From a bacterium (GTDB lineage Bacteria; Patescibacteriota; Andersenbacteria; UBA10190), in the NCBI GenBank assembly GCA_002686445.1, contig NZCO01000007.1, positions 5,483 to 69,482 of the forward strand: a stretch of DNA of 64,000 bases, in the 5' to 3' direction. Shown in pieces: positions 28,349 to 40,825 of this stretch; positions within the stretch are counted from its first letter, which is position 1, and every line of letters starts with the position of its first letter. A model generated the notes under the pieces. That model made no database searches and was not told the DNA's origin. It was given only the letters and a program-made list of their open reading frames with translations. The translations under genes were made by a program, and so were the position numbers.

Positions 28349-30208
28349 ATGACAAAATACAGCTATTTTGATCGCCTGGCACGAGCGCGAGAAGACATCA
28401 AACAAAAACGAATACTACTGCGAAAGCTCACTGGAGTGATGCATGTGCAGCCGCACCAAATTGTCATCGTGGTTGCATTTTCGGTGTTGGTGGCGGCGCT
28501 CGATGCGGTTGGTTTGGGTTTGCTTGTACCGCTGGCGGAAGGAGTGGTAGCCGGTGATTTCACGGCCACAGATCTTCCAATCGGGCTCGATCAAATCGTG
28601 ACGAGTTCGCTCAAGGCTCTGGAAGTTGCACCAACCGCGGCGGTAATGTTTGCGGCCATAGCAGCAGTCATCTTTGTTGTAAACCTTCTCGGCATTGTGA
28701 CGGGGTTTTTGAATGTCGTTTATGGCCAGTACTTGCAGGGGAAATATCAGTATCATCTCAATACGTTTGTATACAGCCGTTACTTCTCGTTTGGCAAAGC
28801 GTATTTTGACAGAACAAGCCAGGGAACAATTAAGAAAGTTCTCGAATATACGAATCAGATAGTACGGGTGATACGGGCCTTACAAGTCAACTTAGGGAAT
28901 TTCACACGGCTACTCGCATATATGGTGGTGATGTTTTGGTTGTCTTGGCAGTTGATGTTACTGGTGCTCCTGGTTGGTCCCCTTCTTTACATTATTTCAC
29001 GGTTTGTCATGAGACGGGTCAATGCACTATGGACCCAGGCGAAGGACATTACGCTCGCACTCGGACAGGAGTCATTCAACATGCTCTCAGCTTTGCCGTT
29101 GGTGTGGAGCTACTCGCGCGAGAAGCAAGCGAAGAAAAAGTACGGAGCTATGAATGAGAACTTTCGTAAAGTTCAACTTCGGGCTCAGATGTTTGGCGCC
29201 TTTACGGTAACAATTCCAACCCTTATGACGCTGGTTACTATGCTGGTGGTGGTGTCGTATATCACCTGGACTATGCAGCGGGGAGGAGCGATTGACTTAA
29301 CTCGCATGGTCATCTTTTTGTATGTAGCGTCTCGAACAGTGCCGCTGTTTAAGGTGTTTAACACAGCGTGGGTTGTGATATCTGAGATCACGCCTCCCAT
29401 ACAGGAGGTTCTGCGGCTGTTTGGCGATAAGAAGAAATATATGGTCGCCGGAGGTTCTGTGCAATTTGCAGGGCTACAAGAGCATATAGAGTTCAGGGAT
29501 CTGACGTATGCCTATGAGGGCCGCTCAGAAATTCTACAGCGGGTTAGTTTCCGCATCCCTAAGGGACAGCTTACGGCGCTGGTCGGACCGTCCGGCGGTG
29601 GGAAATCAACAATTATTAGCCTGTTGATGCGATTCTATGACTGCCCGCCGGGCACCGTATTTGTTGATGGCGCTGATATCAGAACGTTTACGCTGGCCTC
29701 GCTCAGGCATCAGATGGCTACTGTGGACCAAGAGCCCATACTACTGCACGATAGTTTACGAAACAATATTACGTATGGGCATGAAGAGGTGACACCTGAA
29801 CTTGTCCACGATGTCGCGGTTAAGACTCATTTGGACGAACTAATTAAGCGACTGCCTCAGGGGCTGGATACGCTGATTGGGGATCGTGGGGTCCAACTGT
29901 CAGGCGGCGAAAAGCAGCGAGTCGCAATTGCACGGGCGATGCTGAAAGGCTCAGAGATATTACTACTTGATGAGGCAACCAGCGCTCTGGACTCAAAGAC
30001 AGAACAAATTGTGCAGGAAGCGTTGGCGGAGGCCATCCAAGGTCGAACCGCATTGGTGATTGCTCATCGGCTTTCAACCATTCGTGGCGCTGACAACATA
30101 ATATACGTGGACGATGGAAAGGTTGTCGAACAGGGCACAATGACCGAGCTCATCGACAAGGGCGGCGCATTTGCTCGACAATGGGAAGCGCAAGCGGCGA
30201 ACGCCTAG
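28349..30208 (+). CDS. ABC exporter, fused TMD-NBD (MsbA/PglK-like; candidate lipid-linked glycan flippase)
   Basis: Walker A GPSGGGKS, signature LSGGEKQR, Walker B LLLDEATSALD, H-loop IAHRLST; N-terminal TMD. Confidence 0.92.
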   Translation: MTKYSYFDRLARAREDIKQKRILLRKLTGVMHVQPHQIVIVVAFSVLVAALDAVGLGLLVPLAEGVVAGDFTATDLPIGLDQIVTSSLKALEVAPTAAVMFAAIAAVIFVVNLLGIVTGFLNVVYGQYLQGKYQYHLNTFVYSRYFSFGKAYFDRTSQGTIKKVLEYTNQIVRVIRALQVNLGNFTRLLAYMVVMFWLSWQLMLLVLLVGPLLYIISRFVMRRVNALWTQAKDITLALGQESFNMLSALPLVWSYSREKQAKKKYGAMNENFRKVQLRAQMFGAFTVTIPTLMTLVTMLVVVSYITWTMQRGGAIDLTRMVIFLYVASRTVPLFKVFNTAWVVISEITPPIQEVLRLFGDKKKYMVAGGSVQFAGLQEHIEFRDLTYAYEGRSEILQRVSFRIPKGQLTALVGPSGGGKSTIISLLMRFYDCPPGTVFVDGADIRTFTLASLRHQMATVDQEPILLHDSLRNNITYGHEEVTPELVHDVAVKTHLDELIKRLPQGLDTLIGDRGVQLSGGEKQRVAIARAMLKGSEILLLDEATSALDSKTEQIVQEALAEAIQGRTALVIAHRLSTIRGADNIIYVDDGKVVEQGTMTELIDKGGAFARQWEAQAANA

Positions 30209-30221
30209 GTCTGACGAGTAG

Positions 30222-32216
<1,995 letters not shown>

Positions 32217-32220
<4 letters not shown>

Positions 32221-33137
32221 AGAAGCTAGTCGTATTTCAATCCCCAGCTCATCTGTATGAGGTAGTGCCTCCTTTTTACAAGGAGCTCAACAAGATGCAG
32301 TACTTCGATAAGTTCTATCTAGCGACTGACCAGAAGGATACGTGGGGAATTGGCGATAATGTTGATGTGCTTAAGCTCGAGGAAGATCTAGGCTGGGAAG
32401 GAAATTTAGACCTGTTACTACAGCGAGTGCCAGAGGATTTGTTTGTCATGATGTGTGACGATCACGTAACAGTAGAGCAGACCGACGTTAATCTCGATCC
32501 ATATTTCGATATCATGCTTCGTAATCCCGAAATAGGTCGGCTACAGCTATCACCGCCAAGTCTGAACTACTCTCGCTTCCTGGAAGCACATCATTTACCG
32601 ATTGAAGTTCCGGACGATAGCAAAGAGTGGTATCCATACGACAGGCGCTACCGCTTTCATTTGAATTTTCAACCATCAATTTGGCGTAAGGATTTTTTGC
32701 GGCACGTGATTGAAGGTGGCGGAAACCGTAGTCAGCTAGAGATTCGGGCAAGTGAGAGAGCGCGGCAAAGTGATCAATACGTTTCTGGATACATTGGCTG
32801 GCATGCGATCCGGTATCAGAATTTCTTGGCAAGCTGTCAGGTTCATCACATGGACCCCGATCACCACAAAAAAAAGAAAACTTCGCACTATAAGGAAGAC
32901 TTCGCTCGCTACGCAATGAGGCGCGGGATAAAACTAAAGTCGGACAAGCGGGTACACGTGCGCCGAGAGGAATATAGTGCCTCAGTGCCGATTGATTTTT
33001 ACATTACGCACTACCATGATCAGGAACAGTACCGGCAGTTTGCATTGAAGCGAAAGCCACTAGCTCATATGATGTTCTGGTTGGGGAAACGAGCGCGAGC
33101 GAAGGTAGCACCACGAATTAGCGTGTCGAGTCGATAA
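32217..33137 (+). CDS. GT-A-like glycosyltransferase (hypothetical)
   Basis: 'MMCDD' acidic motif and 'QPSIWRK..L'; ATGA overlap at 32217. Confidence 0.6.
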
Positions 33138-33159
33138 TTTACTAAGAACTTATTTTCAT

Positions 33160-33381
33160 ATGACACAGGTAGAGATGCCAGGTATGAGCAATCCTGATGG
33201 AACTGAGCCAACTCGTTACCCGGTGTGGCAACTAACCGACGGCACTATTGTCGTGCAGAGCTTGTCTGACGCAGATCAACAGGCTATTAATATGGGGTCT
33301 GTTCGCGCCAGTGATCGTAGCAAAAGTAGCATGATGAGGAAGGTACGGCATCGTGTGTTAAGCGTACTGGAGTCGCTTTAG
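33160..33381 (+). CDS. Small hypothetical protein / possible gene fragment
   Basis: 73-aa ORF fills the gap; weak similarity to the tail of 31249-32220. Confidence 0.45.
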   Translation: MTQVEMPGMSNPDGTEPTRYPVWQLTDGTIVVQSLSDADQQAINMGSVRASDRSKSSMMRKVRHRVLSVLESL

Positions 33382-33421
33382 GGTATTCGCCCAGGGCAGT
33401 GTCTTTCGTTGAATAGAGCAT

Positions 33422-34306
33422 ATGTTTGTTCACCAAGGACATTCCGGATGCCGGCTTGAACTCTTAACAGCGGACGGGCAGTCTGTAGTGCGGAAATCTA
33501 CTCAGAGCGTGAGCTACGGAACACGCCTGCGTCGACAGGCTGATAAGCAGGAAGCTTTTTCACACCAAACTAGACTATCCACCATCAGCGCCCCCCCTGT
33601 CCTGAGTATCGAAGATGGCAATGGAGGATTTAGTTTTGTAATGCCATTTGTGGCTGGGCTGGACGGCGTCACGTTCGTACAAAGGTCCTCCCGTGGCGAG
33701 ATTAATGCCCTGATGCGCCAATTGCTCGCATTAGTTGATGACTATCTCGATCAATGCGACTGGCAGGCATTTCCGCGGGAGACTTTTGAGCAGAAACTCA
33801 TTGATATTGGCGATAAGCTGAAAACTAACATGCTCCTGTCTAAGGGGCAGGCGCAAGGTGCGATGCGCGAAGTGCAGTCGGTGCTTGCTGCCCTGGCTTC
33901 AGATGAGAAGCTACCCGTCGGTCACTGCCATGGAGATTTAACATTGGCCAACATGCACACGCTGCTGATGGGAGACCAACTAGTACTGATCGACTTTCTT
34001 GATAGCTTTGTGGAGACCCCTCTGCAAGATATGGTGAAGCTTCGGCAGGACACAAGGTATATGTGGTCTTCCCTATTATACCGAGGACAACTGGACCGAG
34101 TGCGTCACACCATTACGATGCGATACATGGATGCTGCCCTCGACACCCATTTTCGGCAGCATAATTTTTATCGTAAATACTATCCAATCTTCCAACAAGT
34201 TAGCCTGCTGCGTGTGTTGAGTTATGCTACACGAGCTGATATCGTTCACCACATCTTGAACTGCTTGGAGCATAATTTTACTCACAGGACTGAATATGAA
34301 AGATAA
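33422..34306 (+). CDS. APH/choline-kinase-like phosphotransferase
   Basis: 'GHSG', 'VRK', 'CHGDLTLAN', 'LIDF'. Confidence 0.85.
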   Translation: MFVHQGHSGCRLELLTADGQSVVRKSTQSVSYGTRLRRQADKQEAFSHQTRLSTISAPPVLSIEDGNGGFSFVMPFVAGLDGVTFVQRSSRGEINALMRQLLALVDDYLDQCDWQAFPRETFEQKLIDIGDKLKTNMLLSKGQAQGAMREVQSVLAALASDEKLPVGHCHGDLTLANMHTLLMGDQLVLIDFLDSFVETPLQDMVKLRQDTRYMWSSLLYRGQLDRVRHTITMRYMDAALDTHFRQHNFYRKYYPIFQQVSLLRVLSYATRADIVHHILNCLEHNFTHRTEYER

Positions 34307-35441
34307 AGTCAATCTAATTATTCCAGCCGCCGGCAAATCTTCTCGTTTTCCTGGCGTGAAGCCGAAGTGGTTGCTTACCCATCCAACCGGTGAACTTATG
34401 GTCACGGCTGCATTGGCCGGACTTGATATGAGTGATGTTGAAGCTATCCATTTAGTGGTCCTGGCCGAACACATCCAAAAACATATCAGCCTGGACAGCA
34501 TACAAACCGCATTTCGTGTTGCCGGCATAGACACGTCCCTCAAAATTCTGGAGCTGTCTGAAAGCACTAGTAGCCAACCAGAGACAGTAGCCCGCGCAAT
34601 TGAGCACTTTGACTTGTCAGGTCCGATGTATATCAAGGACGTAGATAACTATTTCGTAAGCCCGGTGCGAGCGGAAGACTCAATCGCTGTCCGCAGCTTA
34701 AGCACTGCGGGTAAGGTCAATGCTGGAAACAAAAGCTATGTGCTGGTGGATGATCACGGCCTCGTGACCAACGTCGTCGAAAAGCAAGTCGTGAGTTCAG
34801 ACTATTCTGTTGGTGGGTACTCCTTTGCCCAAGCGGAGCTATTCCTCGAATATTTCAATAATCAGGAAAACACGAGCGACCTATATGTCTCCCACATTAT
34901 CTTTGCTATGGTTCTGGCTGGTGTCGGTTTTCACACGAGGCAAGTGTCTGCTTACGATGACTGGGGAACCCTTGAGGACTGGAACGAATATAAATCGACC
35001 TTTACGACGCTACTGCTTGATATAGATGGCGTGATCGTGAAGAACTCAGGGCAGTTTTTTGATCCGCAATGGGGTAAAACTGACGCTCTCGTTAAGAATG
35101 TCGCTCTCCTTAATCGATTGCATGACGCAGGTAGGACGAAAATAATATTGACCACGTCGCGAACGTCCGAATTTAGGGAGGCAACAGTCAAACAGCTAAA
35201 CAAACTTGGAATGCAGTATCACGAAATCGTGTTTAATCTCTTTCATGGCAAGCGGACCGTTGTTAATGATTATGCATCTTCTAACCCCTACAAAAGTTGT
35301 GAGGCGATAAATATTAAGCGAGATAGTGACACATTAGAAGAAATGCTTGAAGTTCAGTTGGGCAGCACAGTTGAAGCGTCTCCAGCAATATCGGTCACGG
35401 AATCGCCCACAGTGAGTAAAGAAACAAAAGAGCATGCGTAA
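34296..35441 (+). CDS. Nucleotidyltransferase fused to HAD-family phosphatase
   Basis: N-terminal 'IIPAAGKSSRF...PK' and 'DWGT'; C-terminal 'LDIDGV', 'TTSR', 'VND'. Confidence 0.85.
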   Translation: MKDKVNLIIPAAGKSSRFPGVKPKWLLTHPTGELMVTAALAGLDMSDVEAIHLVVLAEHIQKHISLDSIQTAFRVAGIDTSLKILELSESTSSQPETVARAIEHFDLSGPMYIKDVDNYFVSPVRAEDSIAVRSLSTAGKVNAGNKSYVLVDDHGLVTNVVEKQVVSSDYSVGGYSFAQAELFLEYFNNQENTSDLYVSHIIFAMVLAGVGFHTRQVSAYDDWGTLEDWNEYKSTFTTLLLDIDGVIVKNSGQFFDPQWGKTDALVKNVALLNRLHDAGRTKIILTTSRTSEFREATVKQLNKLGMQYHEIVFNLFHGKRTVVNDYASSNPYKSCEAINIKRDSDTLEEMLEVQLGSTVEASPAISVTESPTVSKETKEHA

Positions 35442-36129
35442 TCGAAGCTGGCGGCAAGTAGTGTGGCAGCGCCTTCGCTGGGGTAGTGAAGCTCAGATAC
35501 GCCAGCGCCTCCTGGGGACTAGGAGCGACTTAACGGAACCTGAGATCAATTGTATCCGTGAATGTCTTGATGAGTTTGAGGAGCCTACGTATGTTGAGGT
35601 GGGAGTGTTGTTTGGCGGGACCTTAGTTCGAGTACTGAAGCACCTGAGTGACAACAAGAGCCTATTTCATGTGATGGGGATAGATTTATTTGATGATCTA
35701 GCATTGGCGAATGAAGGCGAAGCGACGCAGACGCACGATAAATACAATAAGTGGCGAACTCTCAACGTGGCACTACGGGATGATCTTGATATTCGCCTGC
35801 GCCAAATGGGATTTTCGAACTTCGAGTTAATTAAGGGCAGCTCAGACGAAGTAATACGTGAGCTCGACTTGACGGGCGATGTGTTCTTTATCGATGGTAA
35901 TCACACCTACGAGCAAACCAGCCTAGACGCTCAGGCATGCTTAACGAAGGCGCGAGCTGGCTCGTACCTCATTTTTCATAACGCCACTAATACACAGCAA
36001 CCTGATAAACAGTACGTGGAGCGCGATGGTGGACCGCGAAAGGCTTGTCAGGACTTGGTTGATGCCAAGCAGGTTGAATACGTGGGACTATTTGATAGGG
36101 CGGCAGTGGTGCGGGTTGTAGGCGTATGA
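35434..36129 (+). CDS. Class I SAM methyltransferase (Methyltransf_24-like)
   Basis: 'YVEVGV..GG', 'GIDLF', 'FIDGNHTYE'. Confidence 0.82.
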   Translation: MRNRSWRQVVWQRLRWGSEAQIRQRLLGTRSDLTEPEINCIRECLDEFEEPTYVEVGVLFGGTLVRVLKHLSDNKSLFHVMGIDLFDDLALANEGEATQTHDKYNKWRTLNVALRDDLDIRLRQMGFSNFELIKGSSDEVIRELDLTGDVFFIDGNHTYEQTSLDAQACLTKARAGSYLIFHNATNTQQPDKQYVERDGGPRKACQDLVDAKQVEYVGLFDRAAVVRVVGV

Positions 36130-37073
36130 GTCAGGCACCTCTTATTTCGTACTACGTGGTGACCTGGAATCGAGTCCACTTGCTCAAAAACCTATTGCGA
36201 AGCTTTGTCGCATGTAATCTCTATGAAAACTATGAGTGGTTACTGATCGATCACGGATCGACTGATGGCACACTTGAGTTTTTAGAGCAGTTAGACCGTG
36301 ATCCTGAGTTTGCGTCACTACGCGGCAAGCTGCGAGTTGTTATTGATCATGAGCGAACGTATCGCGAGCACCTAGACAGCCGCGGCATAGAATTGGCCAC
36401 GCCTCGACGAGTACAAGAGGCGATGGTCGGACATTATCGTAATATGGCTCGGCGTTTGGCAAAGGGTGACTATATTATCGACATCGCGGACGATCACCAG
36501 TTTATTCGGCGCGCCAATTGGGTTGAAGAGATGCTAGGCGTCTATAATGATCGGCGCCAACTGTTTGGTAGTGACGACATTGCGTCACTGGTTTTTCGAA
36601 CGCGACGTCGATATCGCATCCTTAAGAAAAATAACGGGACAGGTCCAGAGGAGCAGACTACTGACGGAGTTCCATACTATGTCTGCTTGCACAAAGGATA
36701 TGACGACTACGGAATGATTTCACGAGAATCAGCTGAACGTATGGGTGATTACTTTGAGCCCGGGGAGATGCCAGAGGAGGAAATAGCTGCGTGGAATGAC
36801 CTGGATAATCAGCGCTACGATAGCGTTCACTACCAAGACTATCTACCGAGGGCAAAGGAGCTAGGGCTCAAGAAAATCATGATGAAGCATCCCTATACGC
36901 ACGACTTGCTGAACGGTCTACATAATCAGCCCCACCAAGCCCTCGTTATGCCCCTGCTAGAGGACGGTGCACTTGAGTCGACATTCGGAAAATTGCGCCG
37001 TGCGGTCTCTATCGAAGAAATGGATGATCTGCTCGCCGAGCAGACGCCGGAGCAAGTAAGCAGTCGCATTTAA
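36126..37073 (+). CDS. GT2 glycosyltransferase
   Basis: 'VTWNR', 'IDHGSTDGT', 'KGDYI..IADD'. Confidence 0.82.
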   Translation: MSQAPLISYYVVTWNRVHLLKNLLRSFVACNLYENYEWLLIDHGSTDGTLEFLEQLDRDPEFASLRGKLRVVIDHERTYREHLDSRGIELATPRRVQEAMVGHYRNMARRLAKGDYIIDIADDHQFIRRANWVEEMLGVYNDRRQLFGSDDIASLVFRTRRRYRILKKNNGTGPEEQTTDGVPYYVCLHKGYDDYGMISRESAERMGDYFEPGEMPEEEIAAWNDLDNQRYDSVHYQDYLPRAKELGLKKIMMKHPYTHDLLNGLHNQPHQALVMPLLEDGALESTFGKLRRAVSIEEMDDLLAEQTPEQVSSRI

Positions 37074-37103
37074 GCGCTGCAGCACTTAAAGAAAGTCAGA
37101 CAC

Positions 37104-37778
37104 ATGCCTGAAAACGAATCTCAACGATGCGTCATAGATGTGGGAGCGTGTGTTGGAAAATTTACCGACGATTGCCTAGGCCGGTATCCCAATATCGATC
37201 AGGTTTTCGCATTTGAGCCGCTGCCAGCTAATTTCACTTTTCTACAGGACAAATATGCGAAGGATTCGCGAGTAGAAGTCTTACCGCAAGCGGTAGCTAA
37301 TTTTTCTGGTCAGGCAAGGCTGTTCAATAAGCCGAACATTAGACGCTTCTATGGGCTTCCGTTTGGAATACGCTACAATTTCGCCGGTAATGAGGGAAGC
37401 AGTCTCAAGCAACGTAAAAGTAACGTGTCCAAGTCGCGCTGGGTCGAGACTGAGGTAGTCCGATTAAGCGACTTCATTGTGGAGCAGGACTTGAAGCAAG
37501 TGGATATTCTGAAAATTGATTGTGAGGGGAGCGAATACGATATATTACTCGACCTACTCGACGCGGACTTGATTGGCAGGGTGGGACAGATCTATTTCGA
37601 GGATCACGTGCGGAAGGTACCGGGCCTAACGGGAGACCGCGATCAGTTTATTGAGCGAATTCAACAGCTTGGAGTAGAAGATAAGTTTTTTGTGCAGGAC
37701 GTGGACACCCATGACGACTTACAGTACATCCCTCTGAAGCAAGCATATCAGCGCGCATTTTTCAGGCTCTCGGTTTAG
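37104..37778 (+). CDS. FkbM-family methyltransferase
   Basis: 'IDVGA.VG', 'AFEP', 'LKIDCEGSE'. Confidence 0.88.
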   Translation: MPENESQRCVIDVGACVGKFTDDCLGRYPNIDQVFAFEPLPANFTFLQDKYAKDSRVEVLPQAVANFSGQARLFNKPNIRRFYGLPFGIRYNFAGNEGSSLKQRKSNVSKSRWVETEVVRLSDFIVEQDLKQVDILKIDCEGSEYDILLDLLDADLIGRVGQIYFEDHVRKVPGLTGDRDQFIERIQQLGVEDKFFVQDVDTHDDLQYIPLKQAYQRAFFRLSV

Positions 37779-37817
37779 TCCAAGGCGATACGATTAATCG
37801 AGCTTACTATAGTGCGT

Positions 37818-38888
37818 ATGAAGGTCGCGATTCCTCTAAAAGGCACTACTTTCTTGCGAGCGGCAGCGCCGCTGATCGCGACCTCACTTAATTCAGGCAT
37901 AGAGCTCTATGTGTATATATTGGCTGAGCGAAGCGGCAAAGAGTACGACACAATAGACAAAACCGCCTTAGCGAAAGTTTTGCCTGAAGCTAATCTCAGG
38001 TCTTACGCAGACGAGGCAGACCTGCTGGGCCAATTAAAGAAGGAAGGGATCGGCCACGTGGTGGCAGCGGACGTGCCCCATCATTGGCAGGAGTTGTGTG
38101 ACGCTCCAGACCTGACGACCTATTCCATCTCCATCTTTATTGATTCACTACACTACGCGGGACGGGTTGCTCAAGGCGAAGAGCAGAAAAGAATTCCCGG
38201 GCTGACTTTTTTCCCGAATGACTATTTGGCTGACCGGTTCTTTGCCGTTGGAAGCTTTAGTCGGGAGGAAATGCCATACCGGATAGTCGGGTCACCGATA
38301 TTTGATCACGCGGCTTTTCTGCCAACTTCCGAAGACCAACAGCCAACATTATTACTGATAGCGCCGCCACCAACGCTCCTAACCTGGAGCTGGCGACGCC
38401 AGCTACGAGCCTTGTTTATTCACGCGCATAACCAGGGGATGCGAGTCGTCGTCAAAGATCGTGTCAAAACGCCCCTGCCAAAAAGCTTGCACCCAGTCGT
38501 TGATGAATTGCACACCAAAGAGGCGATACGGCCTTACGCCTCCCTGGCGCTGATCGCTAATTGCAGTATTCACGTCTGTGGCTACAGCACCTCGGTCCTT
38601 GAGGCTCGATACCTTAAAAAACCTACTCTAAATCTTGATCTGAATATCAAACGCGTTGCCGCGGGTGATCTCGTACACCGATTTGGCCTTGAGGATCTCT
38701 ACAACTCGCGTACGTGCATTACTGCCCGAAAGCATCTGCCGGCGGTCTTCGATAAGCTCATGGCAATAGATAGTGCTGACTATGCCGAAAACGATCGGTT
38801 CTTAAGCCCGCAAGTAGAAGTCAGCGACAGGCCAGTCGCTTCAATTGCTATTTGGCGGGAAGTTTTGTCGCACGCTTCTTCGCAATAA
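37818..38888 (+). CDS. Hypothetical GT-B-like protein (TagF/sialyltransferase-like)
   Basis: 'VGSP.FD' and 'ST..LEA..L.KP' are typical of this GT-B group. Confidence 0.55.
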   Translation: MKVAIPLKGTTFLRAAAPLIATSLNSGIELYVYILAERSGKEYDTIDKTALAKVLPEANLRSYADEADLLGQLKKEGIGHVVAADVPHHWQELCDAPDLTTYSISIFIDSLHYAGRVAQGEEQKRIPGLTFFPNDYLADRFFAVGSFSREEMPYRIVGSPIFDHAAFLPTSEDQQPTLLLIAPPPTLLTWSWRRQLRALFIHAHNQGMRVVVKDRVKTPLPKSLHPVVDELHTKEAIRPYASLALIANCSIHVCGYSTSVLEARYLKKPTLNLDLNIKRVAAGDLVHRFGLEDLYNSRTCITARKHLPAVFDKLMAIDSADYAENDRFLSPQVEVSDRPVASIAIWREVLSHASSQ

Positions 38889-39825
38889 CGGTGCCAACAG
38901 AGGAGCCGTCGAGTGGGAGCGAGCCTTCTATTACTTCAAAATGATCGGCAATAAACTGCAAAACGTCAGGGCGATCTTTTAAGGCGCTGGCGGTGTCTAA
39001 CCCGTCGCCTTGAGATGTAATGTAGTTAAAGACCAAATACCCTCCCGGTTTGAGGTGGGCATACAGGTGATGAGCAGTAGCCAGAGGCCTCGGTAGATGC
39101 TCGAACACTGTGAGGCAGTTTATGAGGTCATATGAAGCAGTCAGTTGTTCATCGTTATCCGGATCTAGCTCGTGGACCGCTATGTAGGGCCGGTCCCGAA
39201 ACTTCCAGCGCGCGAAGTGAAGCATGTATGAGGGAATATCAAAGCAGTCGATCCTCCACTTCTTGTTGCGATAAAACCTATCAAGACTAGTAGCGACAGG
39301 AGCTACGCCACAGCCAAACTCACAGATACGGGCGCCCCGTTTAAGGTAGCGAGCCACGCGATAGCCGGCCAAGGGATTTAACGCTCGCTTATATTGGTAC
39401 GAAAACAGCAGATAGATATTGGCTGGCTTCTGCCAGGCGGCTAGGAACGCAGGGCCACCTTGCGCTTCATCCACCTCCAGCTCCTGAAAACGCTGGCGGT
39501 ATATCCCGCGCAGGAAGAAGAAGTCGGGCAGATGGATCGGTCGCAGTCCTAACTCCGCTACCCAGTACTGCCGGAACTCGTTGAACCAATCGAGAGAGAG
39601 ATTGGCATACACCAAGCGTCTTAGTAACCCGGAACGGAATAAAAAACCCATCCAATAGAGCTCTAGGTTACTCAATAGCGAGGCGCTAAACGTCAAATCA
39701 TCGCTACTGTCGCCCCGGCTGGCCAGAGTCGGTAACCGTTGCGCCTGGGCATCCAGAAGGTCGCGCACGTTCAGTTGTATATCGTCATACTTATTGCTGG
39801 GCATAGCGTATATATTTACCACCAA
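38848..39825 (-). CDS. Class I SAM methyltransferase
   Basis: 'EFGCG', 'VFEHLP.P', 'LKPGG'. Confidence 0.85.
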   Translation of the reverse strand: MVVNIYAMPSNKYDDIQLNVRDLLDAQAQRLPTLASRGDSSDDLTFSASLLSNLELYWMGFLFRSGLLRRLVYANLSLDWFNEFRQYWVAELGLRPIHLPDFFFLRGIYRQRFQELEVDEAQGGPAFLAAWQKPANIYLLFSYQYKRALNPLAGYRVARYLKRGARICEFGCGVAPVATSLDRFYRNKKWRIDCFDIPSYMLHFARWKFRDRPYIAVHELDPDNDEQLTASYDLINCLTVFEHLPRPLATAHHLYAHLKPGGYLVFNYITSQGDGLDTASALKDRPDVLQFIADHFEVIEGSLPLDGSSVGTVIAKKRATKLPAK

Positions 39826-40825
39826 GCTTACCTAATTGATAGCCTCGATAAGCAGCGCCCAACGCCACAGCCTGTAATCGATGTGAGCTAGTAGTGCTTG
39901 AGCGATGGTCGCTCTTTTGCACCTGGGTCGCAAACTCTAGATACTCCTGAGCTACGGCAGACAAGGAGCGCGCGGGTGGTGCCACTGGGCGTGTCATAAA
40001 CAAATTAGCAGCGGCATCAATGGCAGCCAGCACGTCGTTCCGGCTATCGAAGCGGACAGCAGTTGGAGCCAATTCGGGGTGCCCACCACTGTTGCGTATA
40101 ACCGGCAGCAAGCCGCAAGCAAGTGCTTCCAAGAGTGCATTTGAGCACGGATCATGTTGTGAACCGGTGATGAATATGTCGTGAGCGCGCAGGATCTTTG
40201 CCAGGGCTGGCGAGTCAACGGGCGCTATCGTATCAATATGTTCAAACTGTTCCGTTGTGTTACCGACGAAGGTCATCTCATACCGTGACCAGTCGAGATG
40301 GGTATCGAGGCACTGATAAATGTCGAACCCCTTACGAGGGCTCGGCGACCAGGAAACGGCCACCAATTTAATCTTCCTGTGCCTGGTAGGTTGCGATTGC
40401 CGCTGCGGATAAAAAATGCGACCGTCGGGTACATTGTGAACGACGCGGCTGAGACTCGGCGAAAAACCCAGCTTAAGGTTGGCCTCTCGGGACCATTGTG
40501 ACTGCCAAATAATACCATCGACATAGCGCCGTGCTATTTGTTTCAGAAGCTGGTCTATAAAGTGATCCTTGCCTCGAACGAGGCCGATCGGACCGTCAAT
40601 TCGGAGAATGATTGCGGGCGCAGGTGACTGCGCCCTGAACCCCGGAAGCCGCTGTAACAGTGTAGGTATCATGTTTGGATTTGCGTTCGCGATTATTACA
40701 CCAGCTAGGCTTGGATCGGCGGTACTTACTTCCTGCCGTTCAAACTCGGAACGCAAAGCCTTGAGGAATTGGTTTCCTCCACCCCAGGGACCCTCCTTAA
40801 AGTCGTATAGAATGTGTATTTTCAT
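39791..40825 (-). CDS. GT4 glycosyltransferase
   Basis: 'GPWGGGNQF', 'RKGF', 'DPCSNALLEALACG'. Confidence 0.87.
   Translation of the reverse strand: MKIHILYDFKEGPWGGGNQFLKALRSEFERQEVSTADPSLAGVIIANANPNMIPTLLQRLPGFRAQSPAPAIILRIDGPIGLVRGKDHFIDQLLKQIARRYVDGIIWQSQWSREANLKLGFSPSLSRVVHNVPDGRIFYPQRQSQPTRHRKIKLVAVSWSPSPRKGFDIYQCLDTHLDWSRYEMTFVGNTTEQFEHIDTIAPVDSPALAKILRAHDIFITGSQHDPCSNALLEALACGLLPVIRNSGGHPELAPTAVRFDSRNDVLAAIDAAANLFMTRPVAPPARSLSAVAQEYLEFATQVQKSDHRSSTTSSHRLQAVALGAAYRGYQLGKLGGKYIRYAQQ

Noticed and set aside
34076-34636. 186-aa antisense ORF and the many other short overlapping ORFs in the track
   Set aside because: Shadow frames of well-supported genes, with no motifs or initiation signals.
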